From: an uncultured Acidobacteriota bacterium
Lineage (GTDB): Bacteria > Acidobacteriota > Terriglobia > UBA7540
Reading direction: 5' to 3'
Length of the DNA stretch: 64,000 nt
Assembly: GCA_963804995.1 (NCBI GenBank)
Contig: CAWDSK010000005.1
Coordinates: 32,001-96,000, forward strand
Shown: positions 31,401 to 42,428 of the stretch, one piece after another
Position numbering within the stretch: the first letter of the stretch is position 1
Layout of the letters: each line of letters starts with the position of its first letter
Notes under the pieces: generated by a model
What the model was told of the DNA's origin: nothing
Databases searched by the model: none
Seen by the model: the letters and a program-made list of their open reading frames with translations, nothing else
Position numbers and translations under genes: made by a program

Positions 31401-31928
31401 AGCACGCCTTACTCGGCGAACGGAAACGGCATCGTGCAGGGCAGTGGACCACAATTCGCAAGTGTCGTCCCCGGTGCGCCCAGGTATGCGCGGAACCCCG
31501 TTGCGGGCGTGACGCAGCCGGGCACGATTCAGTGGCTAAACCCCAATGCGTTCGAGTCAAGCGTTGACCCGAGCACGGGGGCGTGCACGGGCGGTGACAG
31601 TTCTGCGGATTGCCAGTTTGGGACGCTGGGCCGCAATGCGTTGCGCGGTCCGGGGTTCGTCTGGAGTGATTTCTACCTCACGAAGTGGGTGCCCTTGACT
31701 GAGCACGTCAAGCTGCGCCTTGAAGGTCAATTCTTCAATGTGTTCAACCATCCGAATTTTGGACTTCCCAGCATTGTGCTGGGCGGCATTCCCGGAAAGC
31801 CATCCACCCAAACTGGATTTGGAGCGCTCACCTACACCACCTCACCACCCACGGGCTTGCTGGGGGTCGGATTGGGCGGCGACAACTCGCCTCGCATGAT
31901 TGCATTCCAGGCTCGCTTGGAGTTTTGA
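28452..31928 (+). CDS. TonB-dependent receptor (Oar-like, carboxypeptidase-regulatory N-terminal domain)
   Basis: Signal peptide, GQVTD...ATVTVTN, TKSGTNHFHG, FFNVFNHPNF, C-terminal Phe. Confidence 0.93.
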   Translation: MMARIVVLSLLIMSVQGLCPSVSRAQGETTSAIVGQVTDATNSFIPAATVTVTNLETGFERRAQTDGDGRFNFPQLKPGSYSVKVEAKGFEPQQVGPVLAGLGQKQTVTCVLQVARAQLTVEVSAAAALINPENANTSTTLNAPALEDLPNPGGDLTYPLQFATGALINTAGSGNDFVGGTNGYGNVEFNGLPALSNGYIVDGLETNDPLTNLNSGLSTNLVLGLNSISEVTVNTLSYAVDEGRYGAAQVNYVTKSGTNHFHGNLYELWNGSKLNAADFFTNATPGNHKPRSTVNHFGGSLGGPIVRDKLFFFFDSEWVRIALPIVTPTTVPTQAFQQYVLQQLPLGGTDAVTGSSYPGAPQLVPFYQKMFSLYGNTRGTPLAVLGCPFNADGSQAPGSPANGNGCANRQSVSHSSDDHEQVQTVRIDYNRSERNTAWFRFQADTGVQAAYTDPINPLFDAFSPQPLYSFAAGHTHVFSQNLVNYFNPAFSWYGSLFAPSDYAKTLAAFPIVLQGMGANAPFTTLGGLDNTWLQGRRASRFFINDNLAWSHGAHEFRFGTNTRIFRMNDYDFGQGTVPTVAYTTLPQFIYGVASTATETFPLAANQPFNFLNLDLYAQDTWKVTSHFTWTFGIRDTLNTNPLNPHRNIARLRGSFPAIPHDVNQPLDAAIETHLDHLFVSTPLAVLQPRTAIAWQFAPHSVLRSGFGVFSDILPGSVADSLGMNPPYVRTFQGGLLGTVGGRGIGPGVPGSAVDATVAANQSFNSGFAGGELSCASPQANPGTCLEPVAISAAPDGELRAPYFLEWSFGIEHQLGSTASLHAQYVGTRAINQPYFTQVNGYQTVCPGCFAPFPYLQPQDPRFGAVTQLSTGANSHYHGLQLTGMKRLGHGLQGQVNYTLSRCVDEVSNGGFLQFSAGGILSPLPGELARDRGPCDYDIRHNLNAQYVYKLPIKVRSHRLGYALNGWQVSGTAFWHSGIPFSVVSTPYSANGNGIVQGSGPQFASVVPGAPRYARNPVAGVTQPGTIQWLNPNAFESSVDPSTGACTGGDSSADCQFGTLGRNALRGPGFVWSDFYLTKWVPLTEHVKLRLEGQFFNVFNHPNFGLPSIVLGGIPGKPSTQTGFGALTYTTSPPTGLLGVGLGGDNSPRMIAFQARLEF

Positions 31929-32208
31929 GGGGCGCTCCAGAGTCGTGTTGCAGTTTAGAAGGGCGATTTCATCCACAGACCACCCCGTCGCCCGGGGCGC
32001 CACCCCTCCTTAACTAAGGAGGGGAGTTCTTTAAAATGCTCCTCTCCACAGATGAGAACGTAGCGCCGCCCTATGGCGAGGTAAACTCGCCGCTACAAGC
32101 TTAGACCGTACGACGACCCGCTCAGGTGATTGACTTCGGTTTGGGCTGGGCGTTAGAATAAAGTTTCCCTGTTGGCTTGCGTCGGGTACTTAGGAGGGAG
32201 GCAAGTGG

Positions 32209-33999
32209 ATGTCCGGGGAGGATAACCATATCTTGCAGGAGACCGCAACTGACCAAGAACCGCAAATCGAGGTGAGCCCATCCCCTCCCAGCAACCCCGA
32301 AGCGGGGGAGATGTCAAACCTGCTGGAAGGCATGGAGACGCTTGCGACATCCCCACTCACACCTGGAGAGGTTATACAAGGCAAGGTTCTCAAGGTGGGC
32401 GAGGCTGAGGTTGTGGTTGACGTGGGGCTGAAGACGGAAGCCACCGTACCCATCGCCGAGTTCCAGAATAGTGAAGGCCAGCTCACCGTTGCTCCAGGCG
32501 ATACCATTGACGTTCGGATTGAGCAATACGATGAGGTTTCAGGTCGGGTCTCGCTCTCTCACAAGAAGGCGGTTCGTCGAAAGGTCTGGGATGACATCGA
32601 GCGCGCCTTCCAGGAACAGACCACAATTTCGGGGCGGGTTATTGACCGCATCAAAGGTGGGTTGAACGTCGATATTGGTGTCCCCGCCTTCCTGCCTGCT
32701 TCGCACGCTGACATCCGGGCGCACAGTAATCTTGACACCTTGAAAGAGCAGGATTTTCCCTGCAAGGTTATCAAGATCAATCGCAAGCGGAACAACGTGG
32801 TGGTCAGCCGGAAACTGGCGCTGGAGGAGGAGCACAATCGGCGCAAGGCTGAATTGGCGGAGCGCCTGGTAGAGGGCACCGAGTTGGTGGGGAAGGTCAA
32901 GAGCATAGCCGATTATGGAGCTTTCGTTGACCTGGGCGGGATGGACGGCCTACTTCACATTACGGATCTCTCCTGGGGCCGGATCAGCAATCCTTCTGAA
33001 GTCGTGCAAGTGGGCCAGGAAATCCGCGTTAAGGTCCTGAAACACGATCTGGAAAAGGGACGGGTTTCGCTTGGCCTGAAGCAGTTGACACCCGATCCCT
33101 GGGAGATGGTGCCTCAAACCTACCAGGCGGGTGCGCATGTGACCGGCCGGGTGGTGAGCTTGACCGATTACGGCGCCTTTATAGAACTCGAACCCGGAGT
33201 GGAAGGGCTGATCCACATCTCCGAAATGAGTTGGAGTAAGCGCCTGCGGCATCCCTCAAAGATCCTCAACGTGGGGGATAAAGTCGACGTGGGGGTTCTG
33301 GAAGTGAACCTGCCCAAGCGGCGGATATCCCTAAGCCTGAAGGCGAGCTTGCCGGACCCCTGGACAACGGTAGGCGAGAAGTATGCCGTGGGCAGTGTGG
33401 TGCAAGGGCGCGTCCGGAACCTGACGGACTTTGGGGCTTTCGTCGAGGTTGAAGATGGGGTGGATGGCTTGATTCATCTCGCCAACATTTCCTGGAATCG
33501 CAACATCAAGCACCCGTCGGAAGTCCTGAAAAAGGGGCAGAAAGTGGATGCCGTCATACTCGCTTTGGATCCGGAGAAGCGGCGGCTGGCCCTGGGCCTG
33601 AAACAACTGGAAGAGGATCCCTGGCAGACCTTCTTCGCTAATGCGCATGTGGGCGACAAGGTGCGAGGCAAGGTTTCTCGAAATGTTTCCTTTGGAGTGT
33701 TCGTCGAACTCGAAAAGGGAATCGAGGGCCTGTGCCACATTTCGGAAATAGAAGACGGTCATGTCGGTGCCGGGGTGCCCAAGTTGGAAGAGGGAAGTGA
33801 GCACGAGTTCCGAGTCATCCGTCTGAATCCGGGAGACCGGAAAATTGCTTTGAGCATGAAAGAACCTGTAGTCGCGCCTCCGCCGCCTCCGCCGGAAGCC
33901 GTCAAACCGAAAGAACCGGTGAGACTTTCCACCATGGCGGAAGCCCTGTCATCTGCCGGCATCACTTTTGTCGAGTCCCCGCCGGCCAGGGAGGCGTGA
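32209..33999 (+). CDS. rpsA: 30S ribosomal protein S1
   Basis: Six S1 repeats (GAFVDLGGMDGLLHI, GAFIELEPGVEGLIHISE); followed by an HU/IHF gene. Confidence 0.92.
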   Translation: MSGEDNHILQETATDQEPQIEVSPSPPSNPEAGEMSNLLEGMETLATSPLTPGEVIQGKVLKVGEAEVVVDVGLKTEATVPIAEFQNSEGQLTVAPGDTIDVRIEQYDEVSGRVSLSHKKAVRRKVWDDIERAFQEQTTISGRVIDRIKGGLNVDIGVPAFLPASHADIRAHSNLDTLKEQDFPCKVIKINRKRNNVVVSRKLALEEEHNRRKAELAERLVEGTELVGKVKSIADYGAFVDLGGMDGLLHITDLSWGRISNPSEVVQVGQEIRVKVLKHDLEKGRVSLGLKQLTPDPWEMVPQTYQAGAHVTGRVVSLTDYGAFIELEPGVEGLIHISEMSWSKRLRHPSKILNVGDKVDVGVLEVNLPKRRISLSLKASLPDPWTTVGEKYAVGSVVQGRVRNLTDFGAFVEVEDGVDGLIHLANISWNRNIKHPSEVLKKGQKVDAVILALDPEKRRLALGLKQLEEDPWQTFFANAHVGDKVRGKVSRNVSFGVFVELEKGIEGLCHISEIEDGHVGAGVPKLEEGSEHEFRVIRLNPGDRKIALSMKEPVVAPPPPPPEAVKPKEPVRLSTMAEALSSAGITFVESPPAREA

Positions 34000-34147
34000 G
34001 TTCAGGGGAACTGCAGGGCATACTTCTCAAAAGGGATGGCACCAAGGACGAGCGGGGCCAGGTTCGACCCTGCGGGGAAGGTGCTGAGGTCACAAGAGCC
34101 GAGCGAACTGCCGGAAGCACGATGAAACCTCGGACCAGGAGATTATT

Positions 34148-34492
34148 ATGACGAAAGCTGAGCTGATTGAAGACGTTTCGCGGGTAGTGGCCATGAGCCG
34201 TAAGGACTCCGAAATCATGGTGGAGACTATCTTTGATAGTATTGTCAAGTCACTGAAGGCCGGAGACAAGATCGAAATTCGAGGTTTTGGAAGCTTCCGC
34301 ACCCGCCAGCGCAAGCCGCGCATCGGCCGGAATCCCAAGACCGGAGCGCGGGTGGATGTCCCTGCGAAGAAAATCCCCTACTTTAAACCCAGCAAGGAGT
34401 TGAAGGACCTCGTCAACAGTTCCCAGTCCACGGAGAGTGCACCGGCCCCGGCAGCTCCCCCACCCGCGGCTTCGGAGCCCGCTGCGTCTTAA
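34148..34492 (+). CDS. Integration host factor beta / HU family protein
   Basis: MTKAELI...IEIRGFGSF...GRNPKTG...PYFKPSKELK. Confidence 0.93.
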   Translation: MTKAELIEDVSRVVAMSRKDSEIMVETIFDSIVKSLKAGDKIEIRGFGSFRTRQRKPRIGRNPKTGARVDVPAKKIPYFKPSKELKDLVNSSQSTESAPAPAAPPPAASEPAAS

Positions 34493-34525
34493 GGGTTCCT
34501 GTCCCCCGTGCGGCCATTGGAATTT

Positions 34526-35021
34526 ATGGATTACTTGTGGAGTCCCTGGAGATACCGGTACGTCAGCCAGGTCGACAAGGTTGGAGGCTGCCTGTTCTGC
34601 GAGAAGGCAGCGCTCGAATCCCTCCCACGACCGGGAAGAACTGGTCCTGCACCGGGGACGGCTTAACTTTGTTCTGCTCAACCTCTATCCTTACACCACG
34701 GGTCACGTGATGATCTCCCCTTACGCCCATGTGGCCCAGCTCGATCAATTGACCGAGGAAGCCCTGGCAGAGATGATGGGATTGGCCCAGAGACTTCAGA
34801 CGTCATTAAAGAATTGCTATAACCCCGAAGGGTATAATCTCGGAATGAATTTAGGAAAATGCGCGGGGGCGGGGGTGGCCGATCACCTGCACCTCCACTT
34901 GCTGCCGCGTTGGACGGGCGACTCAAATTTCATGACCGTGGTGGGCGAGACGCGCGTGCAGCCGGAGGACCTTCTCGCCACCTACGACAAGCTCGCAGCT
35001 TTCCTTCCACGGACCAAGTGA
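34526..35021 (+). CDS. HIT family hydrolase with one apparent 1-nt insertion near 34617
   Basis: MDYLWSPWRYRY...CLFCEKAAL in one frame, NLYPYTTGH...HLHLHLLPRW in the next; removing one A at CTCGAAT joins them. Confidence 0.9.
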
Positions 35022-35123
35022 ATAGCCGCCGGATTTGCCTGTGCTGCCAGGGGAGAGGCGCGGGAGTGTCGTCGGGTGCGGACGTTCCAGATCCAGGCGG
35101 CTCGCACCGGGATGATGGTGAGA

Positions 35124-36329
35124 TTACGACTTGGCAGACTTCGACGAATCCTCCTGGGGATGATCGATGGCAGCGGCCACGCCGATGCCGGAAGTGCGAT
35201 GGTCTTGGCCACCGCCCACCTTCTTTTGGCGCACCGCGCGGGCCACGAAGTTCATTCTTAAATCACCCTGATGCGTGATTTCGTTGGGGAGGGTCATTTC
35301 CAATTGCAAGGGTTCGTTGGTAAGAACCTCGCTGGGAACCATGAAATAGATTCCCGTCTTGGAGATATCCTTCGCCCACCCTTTCGCTTCGCAGGGTTTT
35401 CCCCCAGCGTCGCGCCACATCACACGCACCGGTAATTCCAGGTGGAAGCGGTGGTTGGTGCGGCGCTCGGTACCACCGATGGCCATGGTATTGGTGATGG
35501 CACAGTCCGGAAGGTGGATCGTCAGGCCTTCGTTGGCGCCCCAAACATTCGTGAACTCCTTCCGGGCCCGAGTCACCAAACCATCAACGTAGGCGTCGTC
35601 ACTGTCCGGGTCATGGTGAAAAAGGATCAAGTGTTTCACATTGCACTCCTGCGCAATGCGCACCCCTTCCAGCCACGAGCTGTGCCCCCAGCCTTTCTTT
35701 TCACCAGACAATTGCTCGGGGGTATATTGGGCGTCGTAAACCATGACGTCGGCATCGCGGGCCAGCTTGCGAACGTTTCGATCGTGAACGGGTGACCCTG
35801 GCTCGTTATCGGTGGCGAGGACGAAGATTCCGTCATCCGCTTCAATCCGGTATCCCACACATCCCTGCGGGTGGTTCAAGGAAGCAAACTTCAGAATGGC
35901 TCCGTCAATGCTGACCTGCTTCTTATCCAGGTTAAGAAATCGGCGACGGGCGCTCATGGCTCCCATTTTTACGGGGAAATAGGGATTCGCCATCTGCCCT
36001 TCAATAGCTTCCTTCAGTCGCGATCCTTTCCCCAGGACAGAGTGAAATTGGACGGTATTTCCACTGTGGTAGAGGGGCAGGAAGAAGGGAATACCCTGGA
36101 TGTGGTCCCAATGAAAGTGGGTGAGAAAGACGGAGGCCTGAATCGGCCGCTCCCCGAATTCACCCAGCAGGCTCTTCCCCAATCCCCGCAGGCCGCTCCC
36201 GCAATCCAGGATAATCAGGGAATCGTTGGCCAAGCGAACTTCCAGGCAACAGGTGTTGCCGCCGTAGCGGGAGTTGCGGGGATCAGGCGTCGGCGTGGAA
36301 CCGCGCACCCCCCAGAGCCGAATTCGCAT
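35124..36329 (-). CDS. MBL-fold metallohydrolase with C-terminal PilZ domain
   Basis: WGVRGS, THFHWDHIQG, GWGHS, LFHHDP; PilZ motifs RRTNHR and DISKTG. Confidence 0.88.
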   Translation of the reverse strand: MRIRLWGVRGSTPTPDPRNSRYGGNTCCLEVRLANDSLIILDCGSGLRGLGKSLLGEFGERPIQASVFLTHFHWDHIQGIPFFLPLYHSGNTVQFHSVLGKGSRLKEAIEGQMANPYFPVKMGAMSARRRFLNLDKKQVSIDGAILKFASLNHPQGCVGYRIEADDGIFVLATDNEPGSPVHDRNVRKLARDADVMVYDAQYTPEQLSGEKKGWGHSSWLEGVRIAQECNVKHLILFHHDPDSDDAYVDGLVTRARKEFTNVWGANEGLTIHLPDCAITNTMAIGGTERRTNHRFHLELPVRVMWRDAGGKPCEAKGWAKDISKTGIYFMVPSEVLTNEPLQLEMTLPNEITHQGDLRMNFVARAVRQKKVGGGQDHRTSGIGVAAAIDHPQEDSSKSAKS

Positions 36330-36607
36330 ATCGCACCACCGCGTCCTAAATAGACTGCACTTCCACTTGTGACATTGTCCTCCGGCTTCTGAAGGGCAAT
36401 GTGAGTCGTAGATGGAGCGCCAAAGGCAATAGCAAATACAGTAGATTCACACTACCAAAACCTCTCTGCAATGTCCATCCCCACCTGGTGATTTTCAAGG
36501 CCGGATGTCAACGCAGTCGTTGTATTCAGTTGGTCATTTAACTTTTGGCTACTTGCCTTGACCCTGACTTCCCTCCACCGCTAGAATCCCCATCGGTAGG
36601 GCGGGGC

Positions 36608-37735
36608 ATGCATCTCCACAATTCTGCGGATTTCGACGCCGGGGCTGATTCGAAGCCGTTTTTCGAATCGCTTTCCTCGCAGCCTGCGGTCTTTGCCTTG
36701 TTTCCCGCTTCCCGTGACGGGCTTGCTTCCACACCCTATCTGGGCCGGACGCGCGATCTGCGACGCCGTCTCACCCGCTTGCTTTCTCCCAAGCGCGCCG
36801 GTTCCCGGATGCTGAACCTGCGGGAACTGACTTCCCGCATCGAATATGAAACGGTGGGCTCGGCGTTTGAAGGCCTGTGGCTGCTCTATCGCATGAACCG
36901 GCATTACTTTCCTCGGCAATACCGCGAGCGGCTGCGTCTGAAGTCCCCGGCGTTGCTGAAGCTGAAAATGCGGAATCGCTTCCCGCGCTGCTATCCCACC
37001 CGGCGGCTGGTTAACGACGGCTCGCATTACTATGGTCCCTTTCAATCGCCGCTCGCGGCGGAGCGCTTTGCCGCGGAGTTTCTGGATTTCTTCAAAATCC
37101 GCCGCTGCGTGGAAGATCTGGACCCCGATCCTTCCCACCCCGGCTGTCTCTACTCGCAGCTCCACATGTGTCTCGCGCCCTGTTTTGCCGGGTGTACGGA
37201 TGATGCGTACCAGGGTGAGGTCAAGCGTGTGGTCGAGTTCCTGGATACTCAAGGCAAATCGCTGCTCCACACTCTTGAAGCGGAGCGCACCCAGGCTTCA
37301 GAAGCGCTCGAATTCGAGCAAGCCGCAAAGATCCACCGCCGCATAGAGAAAGCGAATGAACTGCTTCGCCAACGGTCTGACCTCGCGCGAAACCTGCGTG
37401 ATCTCCACGCCGTGATGGTCTTGAAGGGCGCGGAAACGAAGTCCGTGGTTTTCTTTCGGGTGATCCACGGGGAGATTCGCGGTCCCGCCTCGCTATCGCT
37501 GGATGAAAATATCCCGTCTCCCACTCCTCTGGACCAGCAACTCCACAGTTTATTGGAATCGTTGAATCAGCCAGTCCCCCTGACCTTGCCCCCCTGGGAG
37601 CACCTGAGCCTGCTGGCGCGCTGGTATTACAGCAGCTTCCGCGAAGGCGAACTGGTGATGCTGAACCCGAACCAGGTGATGCCCCACGCGCGGTTGATCC
37701 GTGTCTGCCGCAAAGTCCTTGTGGTTCCCGATTGA
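36608..37735 (+). CDS. UvrC N-terminal-like (Cho-like) protein with UVR domain
   Basis: Degenerate GIY-YIG (AVF...YLGRTRDLRRRL), YYGPF, Cys cluster (C...CLY..HMCLAPC), ASEALEFEQAA. Confidence 0.8.
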   Translation: MHLHNSADFDAGADSKPFFESLSSQPAVFALFPASRDGLASTPYLGRTRDLRRRLTRLLSPKRAGSRMLNLRELTSRIEYETVGSAFEGLWLLYRMNRHYFPRQYRERLRLKSPALLKLKMRNRFPRCYPTRRLVNDGSHYYGPFQSPLAAERFAAEFLDFFKIRRCVEDLDPDPSHPGCLYSQLHMCLAPCFAGCTDDAYQGEVKRVVEFLDTQGKSLLHTLEAERTQASEALEFEQAAKIHRRIEKANELLRQRSDLARNLRDLHAVMVLKGAETKSVVFFRVIHGEIRGPASLSLDENIPSPTPLDQQLHSLLESLNQPVPLTLPPWEHLSLLARWYYSSFREGELVMLNPNQVMPHARLIRVCRKVLVVPD

Positions 37736-37822
37736 CCCCAAACAACTGACGGCTGAACACTGCCCTCCTCCGTTTGACTGGCGCTCGCGCTACGCCTAGA
37801 ATGAACTGCGGACGAACCACAA

Positions 37823-40322
37823 ATGCCCAACCAGTTTCTGTCCATAACTTCGGTGCCACCGGGTCGCGAACCGCCTCCCTCCGCAAGCAGCCGGAGGATA
37901 TTTGGCCAGTTTGTATTCCTAATCCTGGTATTACTCTCCGCAGGGATTGGGGCGCTGGGCGGCCTGGTCTTTGTCTATTCTTCCGACCTCCCCAAGGTGC
38001 GTGAGCTGGAAGACTACCGGCCCGAACGTCATGACGGAGGTGTTTGCCGACAACGGAACAGCCATCGGCAGCTTTGCGCTGGAGCACCGGGTCATCGTGA
38101 CTTACTCCCAGATCCCTCCCGTCCTCCGCAACGCCGTGATTTCCATCGAGGACCGGCATTTTGAGAGCCACTGGGGGGTTGACATCCTGAGGATCATCCG
38201 CGCCGGGGTCAAGGACGTGCTGGAGTGGCGCAAAGCACAGGGGGCGAGCACCCTGACCCAACAACTCAGCCGCATGCTGTTCCTCACACCCGACAAGAGG
38301 TTCCGCAGAAAAATCCAGGAAGTCCTGCTGGCTATCCAGATCGAGCGGTACTTCACCAAATCCCAGATCTTCACGATGTACGCGAACCAGGTTGATCTGG
38401 GGCACGGGAACTTCGGCTTCGCGGCCGCCGCCCAGTTCTATTTCGGCAAGCGGCTGGAGCAGTTAACTCTTCCCGAAGCGGCCTTACTGGCGGGTATCCC
38501 ACGCTCTCCGAGCGCTTACTCGCCGATCTTGCATCCTGACTCAGCACGCCGGCGGCGCAATCAGGTGCTGCTCGCCATGCTCGAAAATGGGAAGATTAAC
38601 TCTACCGACCTGCACCAGGCTTCCGCTGCTCCCCTGGGGCTGAATATCCAACGCTGGAATTACACCGTGGCCCCCTACTTTGTGGAGGAAGTGCGCCAAT
38701 TTCTGGAGAGGAAATACGGGCCGGAGGCCGTGCGCGAACAAGGGCTGCGGGTCTATACGAGCCTCAACATCAAGATGCAGCAGGTCGCCGAGGATACCCT
38801 GGAGAAGGGCCTGCGCGACAACAACAAACGGCGCGGCTGGCGCGGTCCTGATACCAACATCTTGAAGGACCCCCTCACGACGCCTGAGGGTGTACCCATT
38901 AGTCTCGAAACCTATGTCGACGGGGATTGGAAGAAGCCTCTGGCGGCTGGCGAATTGGTGCGCGGCCTGATCATGGAGGTGAAAGCGGATCACGCCGTAG
39001 TTCGCTTCAATGAGCTGCTGGCGCGCGTGACGGCTCCGGATTTTGCCTGGACCAACCAGAAACTGCCGGCTGATGTTTTTGCTCCCGGCGATGTCGACGT
39101 GTTTCAAATCAAGGAAATCAAAGGGGCCTCTCTCAAGGTAACGCTTGATCAGGAACCCGATGTGCAGGGCGCTCTACTGGCCATCGACAACCTCACAGGC
39201 GAGATCAAAGCCATGGTGGGAGGCTATGACTGGACGGAGAGCAAATACAACCGGGCGGTCCAGGCGGAACGCCAGGTTGGTTCCTCTTTCAAAGTTTACG
39301 TTTACACACAGGCGGTAATGGATGGTCTATCGCCCTTCGACACCGTTCTGGACGCCCCCGTCAGCTACCACACGTCTTCTGGTATGTGGGCCCCTCACAA
39401 CTATGACGAGAAATTCGAGGGGAACATTACGATTCTGCACGCCTTGGCCGAGTCTCGGAACGTCCCGGCGGTCCGCACCCTTGCCAAAATCGGAGTGGAC
39501 AAGGTCATCAAGCTCTGTCGCAAGTTTGGGATCACGTCGCGGCTGGTTCCGAACCTGCCGCTCGCCCTGGGCGCTTCTGACTTGACCCTGCTCGAACACA
39601 CCTCCGCCTTTACCACATTTCCCAACGACGGCGTCCACATGACGCCGCGCATGGTCACCCGGGTCACCAACTACGACGGGCGGGTCATCGATGATTTCCC
39701 GCCGGAAGTCGTGGACGTCATTCCCGCGCCCACGGCCCGCCTCATGGTGTCCATGCTGCGCGAAGTTTTTAACTCCGGCACGGCTACGCGCGGAAAGCCC
39801 TTCGCCACCAAGTACCCCGTGGCGGGAAAAACCGGAACCACCAACGACTTCACCGACGCCTGGTTCCTGGGTTTCTCGCCTTCCCTGACCAGCGGTGTTT
39901 ACGTGGGGTTTGACGATCATCGTACGCTCGGCGAGAAAGAGGAAGGCGCCCGCGTGGCCTTGCCGATTTGGTTGGATTTCATGGGAGCGGTCTTGAAAGA
40001 TAGGCCTGCTGAGGACTTCCCGCATTCCCCGCTCCTGACAAAGCCGGACCAGGTAAAGGAAATCCTGGCCAGCGCCGCCCCTGAACGCCTGCTGGCTCCG
40101 GAGTCGGCTGCTACGGCGACCGCAGTTGTGAATCACCCCGCCCCCCAGACCAATCCTCCCGCTCCGCCACCTCCCGAAACCACGCCCGCCAAGCCGAGCG
40201 TGATTCCCGCGGAAACACCCAAGAAGGATGTTGGGAATCCCAAACTGCCTGTAATTGCGCCGCCCGCGGCTCCCTCCGGCCCCGTGGCGAAGGGCACAAC
40301 CCCTGATTCTGGAAGGCCGTAG
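37823..40322 (+). CDS. Class A penicillin-binding protein 1A with one apparent 1-nt insertion near 38025
   Basis: TM anchor in ORF 37823, then EDRHFESHWG, GASTLTQQL, SSFK, SRN, KTGT in the next frame. Confidence 0.92.
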
Positions 40323-40408
40323 GTATACAGAGCGACATGAATTGTGACGGTGCTCTAAGCGCCCCGACCGGCGGTCGTAGACCGAGCTTGTCCGCGAGCC
40401 GCCCCTAG

Positions 40409-42424
40409 CCGAACTTTCGCACTTCAGGGTGTTGAGTTGGGTTAACTCGCTTCTTTTCAGTACAGGCATTGCCAAGGTCTGGCCTACAAACGCAGCATTC
40501 CAGCAGGAAAGATTTCCGGCTGGACCGTGATCCTGGGCGGTGGCTGAGTGGGGAGCACGAGCTGCAGTTCGTGCAACAGGAGCTTTTGTTCGGGTGTCGG
40601 CTCGGTGTAGCGGGGCATCACTAATCGGCGCCCATCCGTGGTCGGGAAAGACACATCGAGCATCTGCATGCCCGCCAGCTTCTCCAGCACCGCTTTCGGC
40701 GTCAGGCCCGGAGCGTGGGCCTGCAGACGCTGTTTCAGCGTCACCCACAAGCCGTACGCCAGAAAGGCAATGAGGATGTGGGCCTCGAACGCGATGTTCT
40801 ATTTGATGATAAATCGGCCGAATTCCCAGCTCACTCTTCAAACACTTAAAGGCCGCTTCGATCTGCGCCAGTTGCATGTAGCGGTCCCACAACACCTCGG
40901 GATTTTCCCCCGTCAGATTGGTGCGCAACAGATAATGTCCATCGCGCCGCTCCGCTTCCTCCAACTTGCTGCGCTCGAGCCGGAACTGGAAGGTCTGGCG
41001 AGTCACTTCTTCCTGGGCCTTGGGCACGCTGATCTTCACGAAACCGAAGGCCCGTCCGGCTTCACTCTTGGCTGCTCCGATCTTCATCAGCAACGCATCA
41101 CGCGTCGGACACACGCGCCGCAAGGCCCGCAGCCTCCACAACAGCCGTGCCAGCTTGCGTCGACGGATGGCCATCTCTTTCGCCTGGCGGCCTGCGCTCT
41201 TCGCCAGCACATACAACTCGCCTTCCTCCGCGAACAGTTTCACCTCTACCGACTCGCGCACCTTCCGCCACGGCAGTTCCGTCCACTTCGCTTCGTACTG
41301 CCGGATCTTGCCCCGTGGCGTCCCCACCAGGTAAAACATCTCCCGCCCCGGGGTGCGCATCTCCGCCAGCAGTTCTTCACTGGGAACTCCCCGATCCATC
41401 ATCCACACCCGCCGTGCCTTGCCGTACACGCTCTCGATCTTGTCCAGAAAACCGCGCAAGCTGTTCCGGTCGGAAGTATTCCCCTCCATCACTTCGTAGG
41501 CCAGCGGGAAACCTTCCGGCGTCAGCACCAGGGCGATCACCACCTGCCGACAGTCGAACCGCCCGTCCCGGCTGTAACCGTGGCGGGCTTTGGGAATCGC
41601 TTCCGCCTCTCCTTCCACATAGGTGCTGGTGAGATCGTAGAGGAGCAGATCAAAGCGCGCCGCAAAGAGGTCTTGCCACCGCAGCCGCAGGTGCTGGAAC
41701 AACTCCGCCTTGTGCGCCAGTATTCGATCCAGACAACGATAGAGCCGGTCCTTCTCGGCCACCGCGAAGTTCACTGCCAGCAACTCGGCCATGGCGGTCT
41801 GATCGAACCAGTGCCGATGCACACGGAATTCGCTGCCCGGCTCGATCAACCGGTTCACCACCAGCAGCCGTAGCACCTTCTCCCACGGAACTCCCTCGCG
41901 CCCTTCCGGCAACCTCGCCTGCCAGAACTCGTCCAGCTTCAACTGGCGCCACAGCTCGCAGCCCAACCAACAGCCACCGAAGGTGCGCGGCCGCTCAACG
42001 CGCATTTCACTCAACTTCACTTGTACGCCGTCCACAGCATCCGCAGGAAGTTCGCGGTCCTCCGGGAAGAGGCTCAGGGACGCGAGGACGCGACGGTCCT
42101 CGTCAAAAACCTCCAGCGTCTTGCGCCACGCGGATTGTTGGCTGTCGTTGATTTCGCCCAGATACAGCACCGTCCGATGCACGACCTTCGAGCGCGACAC
42201 GCGCCGACTCTCGACGATGCTGAAATAACGATGTTCCTTGCCGTCCTTTTTGCGTCGATGAATCTTCAGGTGCACGCCCCAGAATGCCAGACCTTCGCGC
42301 CCCAGAAAAGAGGGTAGGTCGGGCCTACAAGCACTCTTCAACCCGCGCCCATTGAAGGCAAAGACCTTGTGCACCGCAAGCTGCCAAAATCAGCCCGGTA
42401 GCGGGTGGAAGTGCGAAAGGCAGG
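40409..42424 (-). mobile_element. IS1634-family insertion sequence
   Basis: Imperfect TIRs CCGAACTTTCGCACTT / AAGTGCGAAAGGCAGG, each flanked by CTAG (40405, 42425). Confidence 0.9.
40484..42275 (-). CDS. IS1634-family DDE transposase with one apparent 1-nt insertion near 40789
   Basis: LYDLTSTYVEG, GYSRD, MDRG, IEAAFKCLKSEL.IRPIYH, then (after the shift) VEAHILIAFLAY. Confidence 0.9.
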
Positions 42425-42428
42425 CTAG

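Noticed and set aside
39327..42374. 1015-aa transposase fusion ORF
   Set aside because: Produced by the 1-nt frameshift near 40789; the extension is antisense to PBP1A.
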